Assembly (NCBI GenBank): GCA_015680685.1
Contig: MNCI01000556.1
Location: 1,003,931-1,067,930 of the forward strand
Direction of reading: 5' to 3'
DNA: 64,000 bases
DNA from: Gnetum montanum
Taxonomy: Eukaryota; Plantae; Gnetophyta
A program made the translations under genes and the position numbers. This document shows positions 59,601-64,000 of this stretch, piece by piece (the stretch's first letter is position 1; each line of letters starts with the position of its first letter). Under the pieces are notes generated by a model. That model worked only from the letters and a program-made list of their open reading frames with translations, searched no databases and had not been told where the DNA came from.

Positions 59601-62480
59601 CCATCCATCTCTTCCCCACTTGGTTCAACTCTTGAGACTAATAAGTGATAGTATGATCCTCCTATAGCAACATGTCACCAATTGCATCCTCATTACTATA
59701 ATTATGGACCTTAAAAGATTTTGAGAAATTAGGCAATGCTAACACATGATGAGAGGTTAGGGCCTCTTTGATTTTTTTGAAGGCCTACTGATAGTTTGAA
59801 TTCCATTACCATGGGACTTCTTTACTTTATCAATTTATGAGGGAAGAAGAAATACCTAAGAAATTTTTGATAAATTTGCGATAGAAGCTGGCTAACCCCA
59901 TAAGCTTTTAAACCTCATGAACACTAGTAGGAGCAAGCCATTAGTGTACAACCTATACTTTTCTAGGATTTGGCTTAACATATTCATGTCCCACAAGGCG
60001 TCCTAGAAATTTTAGCTCTCTATAGTAGAATTCATAATTCTCTTTCTTAATGTATAATTGATTTGCCTATAGTTTTTCAAGGACTAGCTATAGATGGAGA
60101 GCATGCTTCTCCATGATTAGGCTATATATCAAAATATCATAGAGATAGATGATCAAAAATTCATCAAGAAATGATTGGAATATCTCATTCATTAGGGTAT
60201 AGAAAGTAGCCAGTGGATTGCATACCCCAAAGGGCATCATAGTCCATTCGTACAACCTATATCTAGTTACACATGTAGTTTTCTCCTTGTCACCTTCTAC
60301 AATGCAAACCTAGTAATACCCCTGGAGAAGGTATAGCTAGGTGAAATAATGTGCCCCAACCAACTAATTGAACAATTTAGAGATGAGGGGCATTGGATAC
60401 TTGTTCTTAAAGGTGTTCTTATTTAGCAACTTGTTACAACAGAGACATAATGTCCCATCCTCCTTGATAAAAAATAACACTAGTTTATCATAAGGAGATT
60501 TCAAGGGACAAATGTACCCTTTTGAAATTAGACTCTTAAGTTGGTTCTTCAACTTTTCCAATTTTGGCCTTGTTCACCAATATGGTCTTTAAATAGACAA
60601 CTTAGTACCTTGAAGAAATTTTATTATATGGTCTACTGTCCTCCAAGGCAGCAAACTTCTAGGTAACTTTTGTGGAATTAAATTTTGGAAATGGTTTAAC
60701 ACCTATCCTATGCATGGGTCAATGCTTATTTGAGATTCATAACCCTCAAAAGAAGCTCTAGTTTGCATTACTAGTAGAAATTTTCTTGTGGGATCCCTAG
60801 CTAGACTTTTCATCATCATTGGAGAAATAATCTGGGGACTAGACCCCTCATCCTTCCTAATCTATTTGAACTATGTAAGGTGAGATTTTATGTGAAATGA
60901 AAATTATATCTAAATGTGGAGTAGTAAAAGCTTTGGCCTTGCACAATAATTTTTGTCTAAAAATAACATTAAAGGAATCCATAGCTAGAATTGAGAAATC
61001 AAGAGTTCATTGCCATGAGCCCACTTAAACTAGAGAACTACGACAAACACCAATGCATCAAAGGAATCTGAACTGTATAAGTTTGCAAAAAGCTTGAACT
61101 AGTTTCATTTCCTATTGCAAGTCCCTTACCATGGATGTTACCATATAATTGTGGGTAGCACCATTATCAATAAGGGAACTTATCTATCTCAAGCTCATAG
61201 TGATTGGGGCCAATTGGGCCTGATGTAAATTATTAAGATTAGCATTTTTGGAGCTTTTAGCTCATGATATCTATGTAACCATATCAGAAAACTCCATCAT
61301 AACAACTAATCTTTGTTTTTCCACTAAAGTGCTTCCATCTGTAATCTAAAGGCATGGGTCTATATGGTACTCAAGAGACATCAATTACTTCCTTGAAGTC
61401 TATCCTTGCTTATTCTTAGCCATTCCTAAGCTTGAAGGATAATTTCCTGCTAGGTGGTTTCTGCAGCCCAAGAAGCATTGAATTGGTCCCTTAAAGGTCC
61501 CTCCAGTGAATTGTTTCTTCTTGGTCAAAGGTTTCCATTTACTCGTATCTTTACATTTCTACTAGAAGCCTTGGTTTCTTGGGAGACCATCAATAGGATG
61601 ACTACTCTACTGAATTGATTTATAATTGTTCCCACCTTTGATGAAACCTACATTTGTTTTCTAAGAGTGGGAGGGCATGACATGCTTTTCCTTTCCCAAT
61701 TTATCCTTATCTAGCTTTGTCTCCTTGAAATCAAGGAAGGTACCACTAGTAGCAATAGCCTTAGTGAGTTTGTCAATGCCTTGTAGATGTAGTTCCATTT
61801 GTACCTAGGGTTGCAACCTATTTACAAATTTGAAAAATGATCTTGATCTTCCATATCGAGAATCAATAACATGAGATCTTAGAAAGCATTAATGTAATCT
61901 TCAAGCTTGCCTAAGTGTTTCAAGAACTTGAGCTTTGTTTTGACTAACTTGGAGTTTCCTAGATGAAATTGTTTAATTAATGTTGCCTTGAATTTTTCCC
62001 AGGTGTCTACAATTATAGTAGTAGTACCCTTCTCTTGGACATGAAGAAGGCTAAGCCACCATAGCTTAGCACTTCCTATGAGATATTTAGATGCTGTGGA
62101 GACCTTCTACTCTACAGGAACATCCTTGGTAGACATATACATCTCCACATCATGGAAGAAGGCATCAATTTTTTTATTGCTCCTCTTGCCATTATAGAAA
62201 CTCAGTTCTCTCACTTTGATTCAAGCCACTACTATAGGATCTTTTGCCAAGCATCCTGCTAGGGAGGACTTCAAGATAGCATTTTCAATTTTCAAATTAG
62301 ATAGCTCCTAATTTACTCCAACCAAGGCATCCTCCATAACCTTTATCTAAACAATTAGTTCCACCACTAGAAATGCTTTTGTCTATGCCTCCTGAAAGGA
62401 TCTAAACCAGTCCTTATAGAGATTTAGCATACAATCTAAATGGCCTTCTTGGATCGACACCTTGGCCCATGGTCTAGTCC
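56649..62480 (-). mobile_element. Element E: degenerate chromovirus Ty3/gypsy element (Galadriel-like), no 5' LTR found
   Basis: gag FYNGKRSNKKIDAFFHDVEMY (~62140-62200), PR LIDNGATHNYM (~61142-61175), RT NKYPMPLI / IYLYDILIY, RH LRL*RHYLLGSHVHVKTNN..KLRPKQA, INT SIIVVVDKFSK. Putative 3' LTR from TGTAACAACG at 56649 to ~57773 (tentative). Confidence 0.85.
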
Positions 62481-63047
62481 CTAGATTATTATGAGTCCAT
62501 CTTTATTAATATTATGATGTTTTGTATTTTTCATGATTAAATATTTAGAAGTATGTAAATATTTGTTAGATAGAATTTAGGTCAACACATAATTGTTAGA
62601 AAAATTTTTAGAGCTAAACTAAAATTGGTTCATTGATGTCTCACACATATCATAATTGCAAAATTAATATAAGCCATGCATTCATCATCTAATCCCAATG
62701 GTTTCTTCTATAGCCTCTATCTTATGAATTGAAAATTCACTATAACATATTTATAGATTAATTAAGTCTACATTGCAGAATTCTTCTAGTTAGAGATCAT
62801 TGAAAAGTCTTACCAAATCAAGCTTTGGAACTTCAAGCTTTTTTTCATTATATCTCATGCTCATTATTTAGAACTAGGTACTCTTGTTATAAACATGATA
62901 CTATAGAAGCTAGAAGAAGCATAGGCTATGCTTTCTTTTTAAATTATTGATTATATGTTTCTAATTGAATATTTCTATTTATCGGTACTATTACAGAAAA
63001 TATGTAAATGCCTAAAAAATTATCACATGTAGCCATAACTCCACTAA

Positions 63048-63969
63048 TGATGAGTGGTGAATGTTCACTATGCCTAACCATAAGAATCACATGCATGTAT
63101 GCGTGATCTGACTTAATTTCATGGAACTTTGGACTAATAGTATCTTAGATAATTAAGCATGATGTTACTAGCTATTTTCTTCCCAATCATCACTTGTTCT
63201 AGCTCAATTGGTATAGTTAATTGTGATTGAGACATAAGATGTTTTTAGTTTTATTATTTTTCATTATTAAAACATAAAAGTAGTAAAATGATTAAAATAT
63301 TAAATTTCAGCTCAATATGTACCTAGGGATAATCTAAGTTGTTCTAAGTATAGAGCATTTGTTCCCATTTTTTGTACACATCTTGAACCTATATTAATGT
63401 TGTTGGGTTACCAATTATCTATTGCTAGGTGTACCAAGTATCTACTACTAGGATTATCAAATGTTAATATATTTTACTTGAAGTGATTGTACTCATGCTG
63501 TTATAGAATAAAATATTAAATTGTTTAGTGCTAGGAAGTAAAGTTTGTTAAGAGTAAAATACTAAAGACAAACTAACTACTACAATGGAAGAAATTAATC
63601 TTGATTTTATTACCACCATGTAGAAGTATCCAAAAACATCATGCACTTGAATAAAACTCTATATAATCAACTCATTCCATGCTACAATACTTAGAGGAAA
63701 ATTTTACTAAGTCCTATGGAAAAAAACTACAAGAGTCTAGGTACTAGGATAACAAAAGGTATTACAAACATAATAAGTAACTTGTATTTATGTGCATTTA
63801 TTGTAATTATGATATCATATTTATGACATAGCATCCTAGCCTATGATATAGCAAATGTAATGTAGTAGATGTGATATGTCTGATGTGATGTAGTAGTTAT
63901 GATATTCTAGATATGCTATATTGTAGATGTGATATCTTATCTAAATAGTACAATTTCTTTGATTCATCA
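63048..63969 (-). repeat. 3' LTR of a further Athila-like element that continues beyond the right edge
   Basis: Termini TGATGA...TCATCA. Start matches the reverse complement of the family LTR end. Followed by TACCCCACAACT (PPT region). Shares TTTGTACACATCTTGAAC and GGATTA blocks with LTR B. Confidence 0.88.
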
Positions 63970-64000
63970 TACCCCACAACTCACCACAAACTCATTCTTG

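Overview
Eukaryotic, almost certainly land-plant, intergenic DNA. It contains one intact gene, an intronless GC/CpG-rich A1B (nepenthesin-like) aspartic protease at 35458-36870 (-), inside an AT-rich, CpG/CHG-depleted mosaic of decayed transposons. These comprise three related Athila-like Ty3/gypsy elements (A ~1-7281 (-), gag plus extra ORF but no pol; B 14631-21693 (-), 5'-truncated; C 21704-31924 (+), near full length), further LTRs of that family, two chromovirus elements (D 49191-56183 (+); E ~56649-62480 (-)), several LINE remnants and about eleven tRNA-derived SINE copies. The most notable item is a 1.28-kb poly(A)-tailed, TSD-flanked GC-rich insertion (43449-44731) whose empty site is also present in the window. 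It encodes a homologue of the Athila 'extra/env-like' ORF with no LTR or RT. In the Athila copies that extra ORF sits behind a conserved ~60-nt intron-like segment, and element C carries a different short payload in the same slot. All alignments, translations and identities were done by eye; boundaries marked '~' are approximate.
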